From Octopus sinensis (lineage: Eukaryota): a stretch of DNA of 64,000 bases. Shown in pieces: positions 1 through 11,613 of this stretch. The stretch spans positions 28,334,001-28,398,000 of the forward strand of contig NC_043010.1 in assembly GCF_006345805.1 (NCBI RefSeq). Reading direction: 5' to 3'. Both the position numbers and the translations under genes were made by a program. The notes under the pieces were generated by a model. The model made no database searches. It was not told the origin of the DNA and worked only from the letters and a program-made list of their open reading frames with translations. Every line of letters begins with the position of its first letter. The stretch's first letter is position 1.

Positions 1-612
1 AGTGTCCGAGCATTGCTGACTGGTGGGTTGAACACCTGCTGTTGTGTGTTGGATGGATGCAGTTATCAGCTGAGTTTATCGTGAAAATCGCTCAGCCGCC
101 CTCTTTGGCTGGGAAGAGCAGGCAGTGTTTCTTTGTTTGACGGCTAAAGTGAAAGAGATTGTGTGGTGGACGAGGTCGAAAGGGCTAAAGACAGACACTT
201 TCCTCTTTGGCCAAGACCTCATAAATTTTTCCAGTTCCACTTGAAAAGGGAAGTGAGAGTAGGGAGGGAAGTGCTGCTCACCAACAATTTTGTCAAAGAG
301 ATGGGTCAATGTAGCACGAATGACCTGAGTAAGTATGCAGTTCTAGATCAAGGATAGACGGAGAGGAGAGGGCACTTGCCCTAGAAGTCAAGATGATCAT
401 GTTTTCTTTTTTTGTGGGGGTTTTCCACAAGCAGCCTTGAGAGTCTCCCTCTCTGGGGGATTTTAACTGTTATAACTTTTAATGCTTTTTCTTTCTTTTT
501 TCTTTATTTTCTTTCTATTTTCCCTTTATTTACACGTCCCAATCCCACTCGTTTTGTATTGCCCTGTACCGTCCTCAGGCTTTTGTACGAACCCTCAGTA
601 GTTAATAAAAAA
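1..612 (+). mobile_element. 3' end of an L1/Tx1-like LINE (decayed ORF2 C-terminus, 3' UTR, A-rich tail)
   Basis: Frameshifted reading resembling ...AKxxVWWTR...FFQFHLKREVRV..., a U-rich UTR and AATAAAAAAA at about 604-613. Related fragments at about 48240-48435 (+), 56850-56990 (+), 21990-22060 (-) and 58440-58485 (-). Confidence 0.55.
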
Positions 613-635
613 AGATTATTATTATTATTATTATT

Positions 636-1186
636 GAGTGAGAGAGCAGTTCATGCCATCAAAGTGACACTGGGATAAAATATACGAAGCCCAATATACC
701 CATCATGACTACACGTCTGATAAGGGTACACCAGGCACATGCATCACAACCATACGTGCGCGACATGATTTCATATCAAGATAAACAGCACATGACCTTG
801 CACGTGGGGCCCAGTTAGAATTTTCTTCAGGTTGAGTAGCCCATCCCGCTCAAAAGGTCCCTGAATAAGGGTTGTTTAAGGATGTTGAAAGAACCACCCA
901 TGTTTCCAGAGGTGAATTATTCAAACCCCAAAGAATCCCTCTCAACACATGGCTATGATGCTCCCCCACTACTTCTGCTCGTGATCAGAGATGCACATAT
1001 CGTCAGCCACTAAGAGACATGCTCAACTGGTTAAGGTCAAACAACTGACAAGCAAATCTGTGGTATTGAGCAGAATATTTGCTGTAGTCCATCTTTTATA
1101 CCAAGACAAAACAATGTACATGATAACACTTCCAATCAGTTAAGATCAGAAGCCATGAGAGCCACTGCCTGGTACTGCATCAGGGC

Positions 1187-1187
<1 letters not shown>
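636..1187 (-). mobile_element. ~552-bp non-autonomous retroelement, copy 1, inside an (AAT)n tract
   Basis: Highly similar to 1254-1808 with identical ends; bounded on both sides by (TTA)n. Strand assumed from an (AAT)n tail. Confidence 0.7.
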
Positions 1188-1253
<66 letters not shown>

Positions 1254-1808
1254 GAGTGAGAGAGCAGTGCATGCCATCAAAGGGACACTGGGGTAAAATA
1301 TACAAAGCCCAGTATACCCATCATGACTACCCGTCTGATAAGGGTACACTAGGCACATGCATCACAATCATATGTGCGCGACATGGTGATCTCATATCAA
1401 GATAAACTGCACATGATCTTGCAGGTGGGGCCCAGTTAGAATTTTCTTCTGGTCGAGTAACTCATCCTGCTCAAAAGGTTCCTGAATAAGGGTTGTTTAA
1501 GGATGTTGAACAAAACGCCCATGTTTCCAGAGGTGAATTATTCAAACCCCAAAGAATCCCTCTCAACACATTGCTATGATGCTCCTCCACTACTTCTGCT
1601 CGTGATCAGAGATGCACATATCGTCAGCCACTAAGGGACATGCTCAACTGGTTAAGGTCAAACAACTAACAAGCAAATCTGTGATATTGAGCAGAATATT
1701 CGCTGTAGCCCATCTTTTACACCAAGACAAAACAATGTACATGATAACACTTCCAATCAGTTAAGATCAGAAGCCACGAGAGCCACTGCCTGGTACTGCA
1801 TCAGGGCA
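1254..1808 (-). mobile_element. ~555-bp non-autonomous retroelement, copy 2
   Basis: Direct repeat of 636-1187 with scattered substitutions and a 3-bp indel; flanked by (TTA)n. Confidence 0.7.
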
Positions 1809-1869
1809 TATTACTATTATTATTATTATAATTATTCTTTTTCTTCTTATTATTATTATTGTTGTTGTC

Positions 1870-1962
<93 letters not shown>

Positions 1963-1991
1963 CTGTCCTTGTGGCAAAATTTGAAATCATT

Positions 1992-2210
1992 TAGGCGGCG
2001 ATCTGGCAGAATTGTTAGCATGCTGGCGAAATGCTTAACTTATCTCGTCAGTCGCTACGTTCTGAGTTCAAATTCCGCTGAAGTCGACTTTGCCTTTCAT
2101 CTTTTCGGGATCGATAAATTAAGTACCAGTTGCGTACTGGGGTCGATCTAATCGACTATCCCCCTTCCTCAAAGTTTCAGGCATTGTGTCTATAGAAGAA
2201 AGGATTATTA
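1992..2210 (+). mobile_element. tRNA-headed SINE family A (Nin-domain-like core), representative copy
   Basis: GGCGGCGA(G/T)CTGGCAGAATTGTTAGC head, B-box-like GAGTTCAAATTCC, core GTCGACTTTGCCTTTCATC...GATAAATTAAGTACCAG. Other copies at about 20600-20815, 30123-30340, 32982-33197, 50372-51170, 52716-53113 (-) and 57760-57960 (-). Confidence 0.8.
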
Positions 2211-2449
2211 TTAGTATTAAATTCCACTTTGCTTCTCATCCTTTCAGGGTAGATGGAAATAAGTATCAGTTGAACACTAGGATCGATTTAATGGACTAGC
2301 TCCTCCCCCGAAATCTCAGGCCTTGTGCCTATAGTAGAAAGTATTATGTATGTATGTATGTATGTACAAAGGCTTTACATTCTGGGTTCAAATTCCGCTG
2401 AGGTCGATTTCGTTTTTCATCTTTTCGGGGTCAATAAAATAAGAACCGT

Positions 2450-2700
2450 GGAGGTGCGTGGTTTAGTGGTTAGGGTATCAGCACCATGATCTTAAGATTG
2501 CAGTTTCGATTCCTGGACCGGGCGACACGTTGTGTTCTTGAGCAAAACACTTCATTTAACGTTGGTCCAGTCCACTCAGCTGGCAAAAATGAGTATCGCT
2601 GCGATGGATTGGCGTCCCGTCCAGCTGGGGAACACATACGCCATAAAAACCGGGTAACCGGCCCTAGAGCCTGACTAGGCTTTAAAAGGGCGCATTTATT
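2450..2700 (+). mobile_element. tRNA-headed V-domain-like SINE
   Basis: A-box GTGGTTTAGTGGTTAG, B-box-like GTTTCGATTCC, then CTTGAGCAAAACACTT...GCGATGGATTGGCGTCCCGTCCAG. Confidence 0.6.
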
Positions 2701-3209
2701 TTTCTCATTTTAAAAATAAGAACCATTTGAGCACGGCGGGGTCGATGTAATCAATTAGCCTTTTCCTAAAAATTTCTGGCGTTGTGCTTGAGGTAGAAGG
2801 GATTATGTGTTTGTGTATTGTTTGGAATAGTTAATCAACTAAAAGAATATTTTTTTAAAGTTACGAACGGAGGACATTTCTAGTGAAACACAAAAAAATT
2901 TTATGGAAAGTAAACTTTGCTAATATTGATTTCAATGGGACTCTAAGTTGCGATTTGAACAACATACCTAGTCAGTCTATTGAGTGTGCAATGTGTGAGT
3001 GTGTGTATGGGGGGGTGTACGGAGTGACGAAATATCTGATGAGTCATCCATCTGAATAATCGTCTGTTTACAATGAAAATTGCTGTTGTATCGGATAGCC
3101 TTTCTCTCGTCTGTACCCCACCAAAACTTTATAATTTACACACACACACACACTCTCTCTCTCACTAACTCACATGTGACCTAACTGAAATTTATTCTAG
3201 AAGAGGACA

Positions 3210-3236
3210 TACAGACAGACAGACAGACAGACAGAC

Positions 3237-3301
<65 letters not shown>

Positions 3302-3352
3302 TAGATAGATAGATAGATAGATAGACATACAGGCAGATAGACAGATAGATAG
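3210..3352. repeat. (GACA)n/(GATA)n microsatellite
   Basis: Directly visible. Confidence 0.95.
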
Positions 3353-4130
3353 AGTATAGTGTCTTTATTATTTCCTTTTCTTAAAAATAAAATAGACTAC
3401 GTGTATTGTCTATTTTTTCTTTCTCGTTTGTATCCCAAAACTTTACATGAGGTGAAGATGGGGATAAAAGTACTGCGGTTGTATCAATCCATTAACACAC
3501 AGAATTAGTATAACAGTTGGTTATTTATGGCCGGTCAAGGAGCAATAAACTATTATTGCTGCTCTATAGGTTTAACAAAAAGCTTCTTTCTTTTCGAACT
3601 TCGGAACAACTGACCGATACATACATCCATACTTAAACCAATACGCATGAATGTATGTATATACGTATATGTGTGTGTGCGCGTGCGTGTGACTTAAAAG
3701 AAGTCGAAATGGACACGCCAATAGTCGATCTTTGAATCCCTTTGTAACTTCTGCCGAATAATAATAATTTATTTATAAACCACAAAGGTTTATATTCGTA
3801 TTTTGAAGTGTATTGTACTTAGAGAGAGAGAGCCAGACAGACGTATGTGTATTCATGTGACAGTGAGCCACTTGTAATATAACTTCCTAATAAAAAAATA
3901 TGGCAAAAAGACAAAAATAAAACAAAAAATCTTTGCACCACTTACAACAAAACCCACAGTTTGCCCTCATAATGATTTCTTTTTTTTTTTTTTTGAAGTT
4001 TAATACAATTACTTTCTAATTTATTATATTAATTTCCTTCCCGTCCAAATTCCTTTGCAATTCGAACAGTTTATCGAAGTAATCATCATCATCACATTTT
4101 TTTCTTTTTTTGTTCCTCTTTGATGTTTCA

Positions 4131-4260
4131 GCGCACATGTTCGTAGTCACAGTCATGTGTCATTTGACGTCACTAATCACGGGACCCAACGCAACAGACA
4201 CCCTCACATGACTCCGCTTCGTTTATATAAACATTTCCACCCAGTCTCGCAGCTTATTTC
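4131..4260 (+). promoter_or_regulatory. Putative cathepsin L promoter: M-box/CLEAR-type E-boxes, full CRE, TATA box, Inr-like site
   Basis: CACATG 4134, AGTCATGTG 4151-4159, TGACGTCA 4165-4172, TCACGGGAC 4177-4185, TCACATGAC 4204-4212, TATATAAA 4224-4231, TTATTT about 30 nt downstream at 4254. Confidence 0.65.
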
Positions 4261-4400
4261 CAGCTTTTCATCTGAATAGTTATTGTTTTCTATTCCTTAA
4301 TACCGATAAAAAAAATACCACTAAAAGCTTAGAGTGAGATCTGATAGTCTGCTGTTTAATCTCAAACCTCGAAATTGTGTTGAAATATTTTTTGTTTCAA
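4255..4400 (+). other. Putative non-coding exon 1 (5' UTR) of cathepsin L
   Basis: Starts about 31 nt after the TATA box and ends at a consensus donor AA|GTAAGT (4401). The first coding exon has its ATG 1 nt after an acceptor, so an upstream exon must exist; linking the two is inference. Confidence 0.55.
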
Positions 4401-5464
4401 GTAAGTGATAATAATTATATCAATGGATTTTTAACAAATTTTCTTTTGTTAATATAATTTTGTTTTTTTACGAATTTTTGTTCATTTATTTAAATAATAC
4501 GTTAATATACATAATTTTTTTTATAGAAACTTATTTTATTAATGTTAACTTTTTTTTTTTTTTGCCCCAAAACAACGCCCTAACTAGCGAGGGGCTACGA
4601 GTAAAAACGTTTTCCAACCGTGGATCATGCTAAATATTTTATTTTATTCAAGATAAGCTTATCTGAGACTACATTATTAAATCTATCCTCTCCCTTTATC
4701 AACCTGGATCAAATATATCTTCTCCCTATGTTAACATGGTAAATGCGTCCAAGATATGAGGGAAGCTTGGCTGCTATTTCTACCAGGATATGTGACACTG
4801 TTTATTTATAATATTATAATTTTTCTTTGTGATTTTCTGAGTTTAAAATCTGTCGAGATTCTGTTTGTTTCTCAAACCTCCCTTGATCGATAAGATTTAA
4901 TAAGTACCAGTCAAGTGAGATAAAATATATGGCCTTGTCTCTGCCTGTGTTTTTATAAGCAATTATTTTTTGCTACTGTGTTAACAGTAAAAGGTCAGTG
5001 ATACATGTTGGGGGTGATTAACTTTATTTGATTAGCAGACAGTTACAAATGTCATCGCTTACTTATTTTATCTTTGTTTTCTTACAGCAAAGAAATATAT
5101 AATTTTCCATCTTATTAATATAAAGTCGGCGTAGATAAACATACTAAAAAAAGAAAAGAAAAAAGAAGGGGTTAATTAAAAACAAATCTTTTTTTTCGTT
5201 ACTATATATGGGCTTGACTACTAATTGGTGCTTCGTCCCCAGCATTTCTTTCCTAAATTCTGTATATACGTAATTGTAATCTACATTCTCAGAAACGTAT
5301 CTGCAAAATTTTATTACAAAATATGCTTATTTCAGAAAGTTATAAGTTATAATGACGGTGGGGTACTTAATAATTTGTATCTGTGTGTGTGTATCTTCAA
5401 CTGTCTGATCTTTTATTTCTTGATTAAGTTAGTGTCTGAAGTTTAGACCTTTATTATTATTGTT

Positions 5465-5689
5465 GGTACTACTAGCGAAGACTGGACTCGGTGCGCGCAC
5501 ACGTGCAATGCAAATGAGTTGATTTTACAGAATAAAATAAAGAATTTTTTAAAGAAAGTAAATAAATTATTTCTTAGAACAATGTATATGATTTTTTTTA
5601 CACAAATCAAATAAAATGTGTGTGATATATTCTTTTAGTTTTCATATTCTTTAGTTTTTAATCATGTGTGTGTTTTCGCTAGTAGTACC
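5465..5689. mobile_element. MITE with 15-bp TIRs and 9-bp TSD (Merlin- or MULE-like)
   Basis: GGTACTACTAGCGAA ... TTCGCTAGTAGTACC, with ATTATTGTT on both sides (5456-5464, 5690-5698). Confidence 0.8.
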
Positions 5690-6881
5690 ATTATTGTTAT
5701 TATAATATATACAACTGAAACGTTTTGAAACCTGTAGATGAGTTCAAGTGTGTGTGAGTGTGTATTTGTCATTACGTTTCTTCTGTGGTTGGTTCTTTGT
5801 TTGTCAGAATGTGAAATCGTTATTTATGGCTGACGACCTCATCGTGCCAAATAACAAGAACGTTATATAATGTTGTTTTTGCAATACTACTAGACATAGA
5901 TTTATGTAAATTCGAATTAAACATTTACTGCTTTTTTACCGTTTGTTTCTTATTCCTTATCTTGGGCCACTATGTTGGGTTATGTAGGGTTATGTATTTG
6001 TATTTTATCATTCCGTCTATGATATTTATACATAATTATAATGGAATTCTCAATAAGAGTGGTGGGTACTACCTTTGTTTTATTAAGGATTTTTTCTTTC
6101 TATTAAATAATGATTTTGCCAATAATATGCACAAAGTAATATATTTGAGGGGTAGGGGTCAGTCGATTACATCGGTTCCAGTACTCGACCGGTGTGGAAA
6201 GAAATTCCCGTTGTTTGAAACACAGTAATACCCCATAAGGTAGTGATGGCCATTGTGTAATTTATTTCATCGACCCCGAGAGAAGAAAAACTGATGTCGA
6301 TCGTTACTAGGTGCGACCTCAAAATGTAATGAGATGCTACTAAATAAATATAGCAGGAGGGCTTATTATACAGACTAATCAAACACTGGACTAAAATTAC
6401 TTCAGCTTTTTTTAACTCAGTGCGGGATTGATTAAAATATATACTTCAGCGAAATTATATAGCTTATATATCGTAAATCCTTCCGTACAAATCTTTGGCA
6501 TTTATCTACATTAAAAGAATTATTATTGCTTCACTTAAGTTTATTGGTTTATAAATATATGTCCCAAATTTTCACCACAAACTCGAGTAACAGTTAATTA
6601 CGTCATTGAGATGTCATAATTATTTAAAATCCACAAACACCATTTCATTTTGTAGTTATAATATCTTCAGTAAAAATATCAGTCTGTCTTAATGGAATAA
6701 GTGTTGGTGTCCGTGACCTTATTCTATCGTACTTCAGTGTCTGATATGAAAAAAAAGTGACATGTAATATGAATAGTATTATATAAGTTTCTAATTTAGG
6801 CATAAGGCCAGCAATTTTAAGGTTGGGTGGCTGGTGGCTAGTTGATACTGTTAACTTCATTACTTGACTGATATTCTAACA

Positions 6882-7060
6882 CAGTGCTTTTCAATCTTTT
6901 TGCTGGGGCGGAACCCCAAGGAAGCATTCCACTGGCTCGAGGAACCCCTGTGCAATAATTTGATTGTCTTATGCACACATATCTGCACAGGAGAATTAAA
7001 AATTACTGTCGATTTTAGCATTTTTGTAACTTCTTGCGGAACCCTGGTTGAAAACCACTG
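6882..7060. mobile_element. hAT-like MITE inserted in a SINE remnant
   Basis: CAGTGCTTTTCAA ... TTGAAAACCACTG TIRs; perfect 8-bp TSD TTCTAACA (6874-6881, 7061-7068). Confidence 0.85.
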
Positions 7061-7273
7061 TTCTAACATATCGACTCTCAGAAGGGTGAATGGCAAAGTT
7101 GACCTCGGGAGTGGGGGGAATTTGAACTCGGAACGTTAACTCACCACTATATGATATTACTTCATAATAAAACAAAAGTGAATGTAATAAACCTTTTAAA
7201 AGGCCGAGGTGGTAAGAAAAAGCAAATGTTTTTCTCTGGTAAAAGGTCTTTCTCAAAGCAGAATTAAAAGTAC

Positions 7274-7481
7274 TTGTTCGGCAAGTTCCGTATAAAATGT
7301 TTATTTTTTGCAGCTTGAACAGTGAAAAATACTGTCGCACACACAATAACCTACATATATACATTCATAAATTATGTGTGTGTCACTGTTCAAGTCGTTC
7401 GTGCAAATGTTTTTTCACTATTCCGCTGCAAAAAAATAGACATCAAAGAAATAAAAAAATTATACGGAACTTGCCGAACAA
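7274..7481. repeat. Foldback/MITE-like inverted repeat
   Basis: TTGTTCGGCAAGTTCCGTATAA ... TTATACGGAACTTGCCGAACAA, with further internal complementarity. Confidence 0.7.
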
Positions 7482-8811
7482 ATAATTTTAGTTCTCCAAG
7501 ACCGAAAACGATTGATTGCCCAAATTCCGTCTAACCCATGCAAGCATGGAAAAGCGGACGTTAAGACAATGATGATTCACTTTTTAATTACTGTAAATTA
7601 TCTTAATTCATAATCACCTACATTTTCGTTAGTAATTTGGCTTATATATTATAATCTCTACTTAGAAAAAGAATTTCTTTTTTTCAATTTGGTGATAAAC
7701 CTCTTCAGTTAAAATACTATTTTAAATATCAACATATGTACTGATATATCAATTGTTTTATGTGTGGCTTGAAGCCTTAATTATATAGGAAATTAAATTT
7801 AAAAAAGCAATCAATACAGAGTGTAAAATATACTATATTTAATTCACCATGGATAAAAGGAAAAAAGAAAATGATCAGAACCGCTAACATATGTTAATAT
7901 CATTAGCACGGCATTTCGTTCGATATTGCCTTAAATTTTTTTAATTTCATTCTGAATGCTATAAAATTTAAGTATGATGCATGTTTATAGATATATAGTT
8001 CTAGTTTTTTTAACCAAGACATTTAAGGGAGTACAGCCTTTTATTCAGGCATACATATGACCATTTGTTAAGAGCATAACTGCAGATATTCTTAAGTAGT
8101 ATGTCTGTTTTCTGACCTCTTCACTTCAGTATTAATAATAATAATAAAACGCCAAAGTTGTTAATTTTTAAGTATATTTTTCCGGGAACATATCAAGTTT
8201 CTTCCCTTCATACTACAATGTCAGCACATTTCCCACTTTCAAGTCTGAAGTATTTTCCTGTTCATTCAAGAAGCTTTATTTTATTTTGCTGTAATTTTGG
8301 CTCCGCATTGTGAACCAATAAAACAGTTAACCTCATTCTACACTCTACGGTATGTGTGAATTTGCAAGGTTTATTAATATTTAGGGGTTATACATTTATT
8401 TAATATTTTCAGTGCTATACCAATTACTACTTGTATTTCAAAGCATAAAATTTTCGGGGTTGTGATGACGTGGGAGATGATGTTGTTTATATAATTTTAA
8501 AAATGCCAACGTGCAGGTGGAAGCTCTTTGATTCAAACTGTGTAGAATCAGTTCACTGTTGCTGGGCAACCATTTCCTGCTACTTGGACTTGTGTCAGTT
8601 ATTAACACTATGTCTACAACAGATGTTGCACACACACACACACACACGTTTACCATCGTTGTCTTTTAACGTCCACTTTCCATGCTGGCATGTGTTGGAC
8701 GGTTTGACTGGGATTGCCCTTCCAAGCGCTAACCACTCCGAGAGTGTAGTGGGTGCTTTTACGTGTCGCTGCACGGGAGCCAGTCAGTCGACACTGACAT
8801 TGGCCACACTC

Positions 8812-8848
<37 letters not shown>

Positions 8849-8851
8849 CAT

Positions 8852-9185
8852 ACTAGCATTATCGCCCGGCGTTGCTCGGGTTTGTTTCGACCCTTTAGAA
8901 TTAGAATTTTTGAAAAGTAAAAATTTTGCACTGTGTAGCTTGTTATTCTCTTTAAGTGAACATTTTTTCTGGCGACACGGCAGTCAAAAGATAATAAAAA
9001 ATAAGGATTTTCATGAGAAAAAAAGCACCTTTTTGATGTAAATAATTTTTGGTCTTAACATGGTCCGATTTGCATTTTTTTCTTCTACGGAATGAAGAGC
9101 AAGCCTTCTATCATGCTCTCAATTTTAGTCAACCTGTGCCGCAGAGTCTCGGAGGAGATAGTGTTAATTGAAGGCTACCAAACAA
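8852..9185 (+). mobile_element. Helentron/HINE-like non-autonomous element
   Basis: ACTAGC...CCCGGCGTTGCTCGGG start with short hairpin, next to a (TA)n run. Confidence 0.45.
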
Positions 9186-9511
9186 AACCTTGTGAATGGA
9201 TTTGATTGACAGAAATTGCAAGAAACCTGTCAAATATGTGTACGTTTGTTTCTTTGTCTTGGCATCACATGATAGTTGGAAATGAGTGTCACTATCATAC
9301 AAATGGTTCTTCTCGTTTCCAGTTTTATATGATGTGCTCTTTCAGTTTCCGTTTACCAAACCCACTCGTTGCAAGGCTTCGTCAGCCTGGTACTGTAGTG
9401 GAACACTTGGCAAAAGTACCAAGAGTGGGACTGAACTGGAAACCTTGTGGATGGGAAGCAACCTTCTCAATCTCACAGCTGCATCTGTATACATTCATAT
9501 ATCCTCCAAAT

Positions 9512-9915
9512 AATCATCATCGTTTAACATCCGTTTTCCATGCTGGCATGAGTTGGACAGTTTGACTAAGGTCTGGAGAGCCAGCAGCTGCACCAGGCTC
9601 CAATCTGATCTGGCAAGGTTTCTACAGCTGGATGCCCTTTCTAATGCCAACCACTCCGAGAGTGTAGTGGGTGCTGTTTATGTGGTATTGGCCACGTTCG
9701 GATGGTGCTTTTTATGTCACTGGCACAGTAGCCAACTAGATGGGCCTGGCATCGGCCACGTTCAGATGGTACTGACATCGACAACACTTGAATGCTTTTT
9801 ACATGCTACCAGCATGGGTATCAGTGAGGTGGTACTGGCATCAGCCATGCTTGAATGGTGCTCTTTATGTGCCACCGGCAAAGATGCCAGTCAGGTGGCA
9901 CTGGCATTGGACATG
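9512..9915 (-). mobile_element. SINE family C (Meta-domain-like core, RTE-type (GAT)n tail) with internal ~60-bp repeats
   Basis: On the - strand: GTTGGCATTAGAAAGGGCATCCAGCTGTAGAAA core and CATGCCAGCATGGAAAACGGATGTTAAACGATGATG tail. Copies at about 12352-12670, 18680-18975, 22620-22800, 62820-63180 (-) and 47275-47510 (+). Confidence 0.75.
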
Positions 9916-10970
9916 ACTATGATTTCACTTGGTTCAACAGGCCTTTTCAAGCACAGAATATTGCTCAATGATTGAAGGGTGCTTTTAAATGGGCCAGTTA
10001 TTCAACACTGGCCATGGCTACAATCTTACTTGGCTTGCCGGGTCTTCTCAAGCACAGCATATCTCCAAAGATCTTCATCTCTTTGTCATTGCTTCTATGA
10101 GGCCCTACGTTCAAAGGTCGTACTTCCTCACCTCATCCCATGTCTTCCTGGTCTACTTCTTCCACAGGTTCCCTTCACTGTTTGGGTGTGACACTTCTTC
10201 ACACAGCCGTCCTCATCCATACACACCACATGACCATACCAGTGCAATCATCTCTCTTGCACACCACATCTATTGTTGTTTACATACATTTATTAGTCAG
10301 CATCGCATCTGATGAGATAAAGAAAACAAGCACATACAATTAGTGCTCAAGATTGACTAGAAGCCTACAACCAACAAAAGGCAACGACATCATAGCTGTA
10401 TAGTTATGATCGACTAAAGGCTGTTTATCAATTGAAAAGGATAACAGAATTGACCTGCAAAACAACTGTTATCAGTTTATATCCTGACATTTATGTCTTG
10501 AAACATGATGTTACATAAGTATTTATTTCCATCCTCTTTGTGATCTGTACTTTTTATTGTAACATCGTGTTTAACACTTCAGCATTTAAACCGGCCACAT
10601 CTACCAGTTTTATATTCAAACTGATCAGATCCAGATCCAGCCTCTCACACTTATCCTACAATGCCAATTAGAAATAAACAATCACATCATCAAAATCTCG
10701 CAGCTGTGAGATATCTTTTATCTTCTGTTACTTACCCCTGTCAAATAACTGGGGCCATACTGGGGCACTGCCTTGAAGGGTTTTAGTTGAACAAATCGAC
10801 TCCTGGACTTAATTTTTATAAGCCTATTACTTATTCTCTTGGGCCCTTTTGCTGAACTGCTAAGTTATGGGGACATAAACACACCAACACCGGTTGTCAA
10901 GAGCCAAAGTGAATTTCACTCAGATTGGTATCAAAAGGGTTAAGAATTGTTTCTCTATTACATATTTTAA

Positions 10971-11199
10971 CCCTTTTGTTACCATATTCCTGTTGAGATG
11001 CTCTGTATTTCTTTCAATTACTTTACTTTAAATAATTTAAATAAACAAAGAATTTAGTGAAATAACTTATCATTAAACTAGTGTTAGGAACATAAGTTGT
11101 GACTAAGGTTTGGTGGAAGATTTTAATTCAAAACTTATGAAAGCAAGACATTTGTACACAGAGCCTGAGGTGGTTTCAGCCAGTTTGGTAACGAAAGGG
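10971..11199. mobile_element. piggyBac-like MITE
   Basis: TTAA|CCCTTTTGTTACCA ... TGGTAACGAAAGGG|TTAA. Confidence 0.8.
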
Positions 11200-11572
11200 T
11201 TAAAGATATGTCATAATCTAACCTAATTACCAATTGTTTTGCCTGTTTGTACTTTTATCTGTTACACATTTAATTAGTCTGCATATGTTTATTATAATTA
11301 TATTTCTGATTGGTGTAGATCAATATTTTTGTTCTATTTTTATATTTAACCCTTTAGCATTCACATGCCTCTGTCAAATGTAATTCTTTTACTTGTTTCA
11401 GTCATTTGACTGTGACCATGCTGGAGCACCACCTTTAGTCAAGCAAGTCGACCCTAGGACTTATTTTTTATAAGCCTAGTACTTATAGTGGGCTCTTTTG
11501 CCGAATTGCTAAGTTACGGGGACATAAACACACCAGCATCGGTTGTCAAGCGATGTTAGGAGGACATACACA

Positions 11573-11613
<41 letters not shown>

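Noticed and set aside
820-1010. CUGAAGA and CUGACGA motifs in the tandem element (- strand)
   Set aside because: No correctly placed GAAA and stems; the first motif is not conserved in copy 2.
1146-2021. Poly-Asn and poly-Ile ORFs (also 35639-36123 and 42792-43236)
   Set aside because: Translations of microsatellites, not genes.
2450-2522. tRNA-like A/B boxes here and in other SINE heads
   Set aside because: No full cloverleaf; they continue into SINE bodies, so not tRNA genes.
6635-6680. CUGAAGA...GAAA on the - strand
   Set aside because: Only a 3-bp AU helix II and no convincing helix I or III; likely chance in AT-rich DNA.
9670-9910. Regularly spaced repeats resembling a CRISPR array
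   Set aside because: Eukaryotic context, degenerate units with no unique spacers, no cas genes; this is a SINE-internal minisatellite.
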